NCBI GenBank assembly: GCA_027317865.1
Contig: DAHVQG010000014.1
Location: forward strand, 12,645-76,644
DNA: 64,000 nucleotides
Direction of reading: 5' to 3'
Origin: Bdellovibrionales bacterium
GTDB taxonomy: Bacteria > Bdellovibrionota > Bdellovibrionia > Bdellovibrionales > UBA1609
A model generated the notes under the pieces. The model saw only the letters and a list, made by a program, of their open reading frames with translations, did no database searches and was not told where the DNA came from. This document shows, piece after piece, positions 63,926 through 64,000 of the stretch. Both the position numbers and the translations under genes were made by a program. Numbering within the stretch: position 1 is the first letter of the stretch; each line of letters begins with the position of its first letter.

Positions 63926-64000
63926 TCCTTTTTATTTTTCTTCCCGCCCTTTGCCGCTTGCCCCGTCTACGTGACCCCTTTCCACCGGTGCATACCATGC

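Larger units (their letters stand above)
62310..64000. mobile_element. Left end of a prophage/integrative element at tRNA-Thr (continues beyond the window)
   Basis: tRNA followed by arm-type repeats, a convergent intact integrase and an excisionase-like HTH; attR not visible. Confidence 0.78.

Overview
Bacterial chromosomal window, most consistent with a Bdellovibrionota (Bdellovibrio-like predator) genome. This is an inference from gene content: an Agl-Glt-type operon and many lineage-style secreted/lipoprotein hypotheticals. 1-25 kb is mostly housekeeping: pyrE, 2-oxoacid dehydrogenase E1 alpha/beta, S41 protease, topA, lepB, tex, infA, lpxD, metG, a membrane pyrophosphatase, an RNA methyltransferase, orphan L24/L28/S18 genes and a porin. 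tRNA-Pro(TGG) is followed by an ~11.8-kb decayed genomic island, bounded by a 12-bp att duplication, with integrase arm repeats and a 5'-truncated integrase. The island carries an ECF sigma/Cys-rich membrane anti-sigma pair divergent from a CusCBA-type Cu/Ag efflux operon. After tRNA-Ala(CGC), a sigma54 promoter precedes a compact Agl-Glt-like trans-envelope motor operon whose stator has non-canonical channel residues, followed by an orphan TolC/beta-barrel/repeat-lipoprotein module. The window ends with tRNA-Thr(CGT) and the left end of a second integrative element (intact integrase plus excisionase-like HTH). Best leads: a HAD phosphatase with a C-terminal beta-clamp motif coupled to topA; the putative copper-sensing ECF/anti-sigma system with twin promoters; a membrane PPase with a degraded catalytic centre but intact ion gate; the atypical gliding-like motor with its TolC module; and a sigma54-driven 30-aa membrane protein with a tandem-hairpin leader. 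All family calls are by motif recognition only; no database searches were run.
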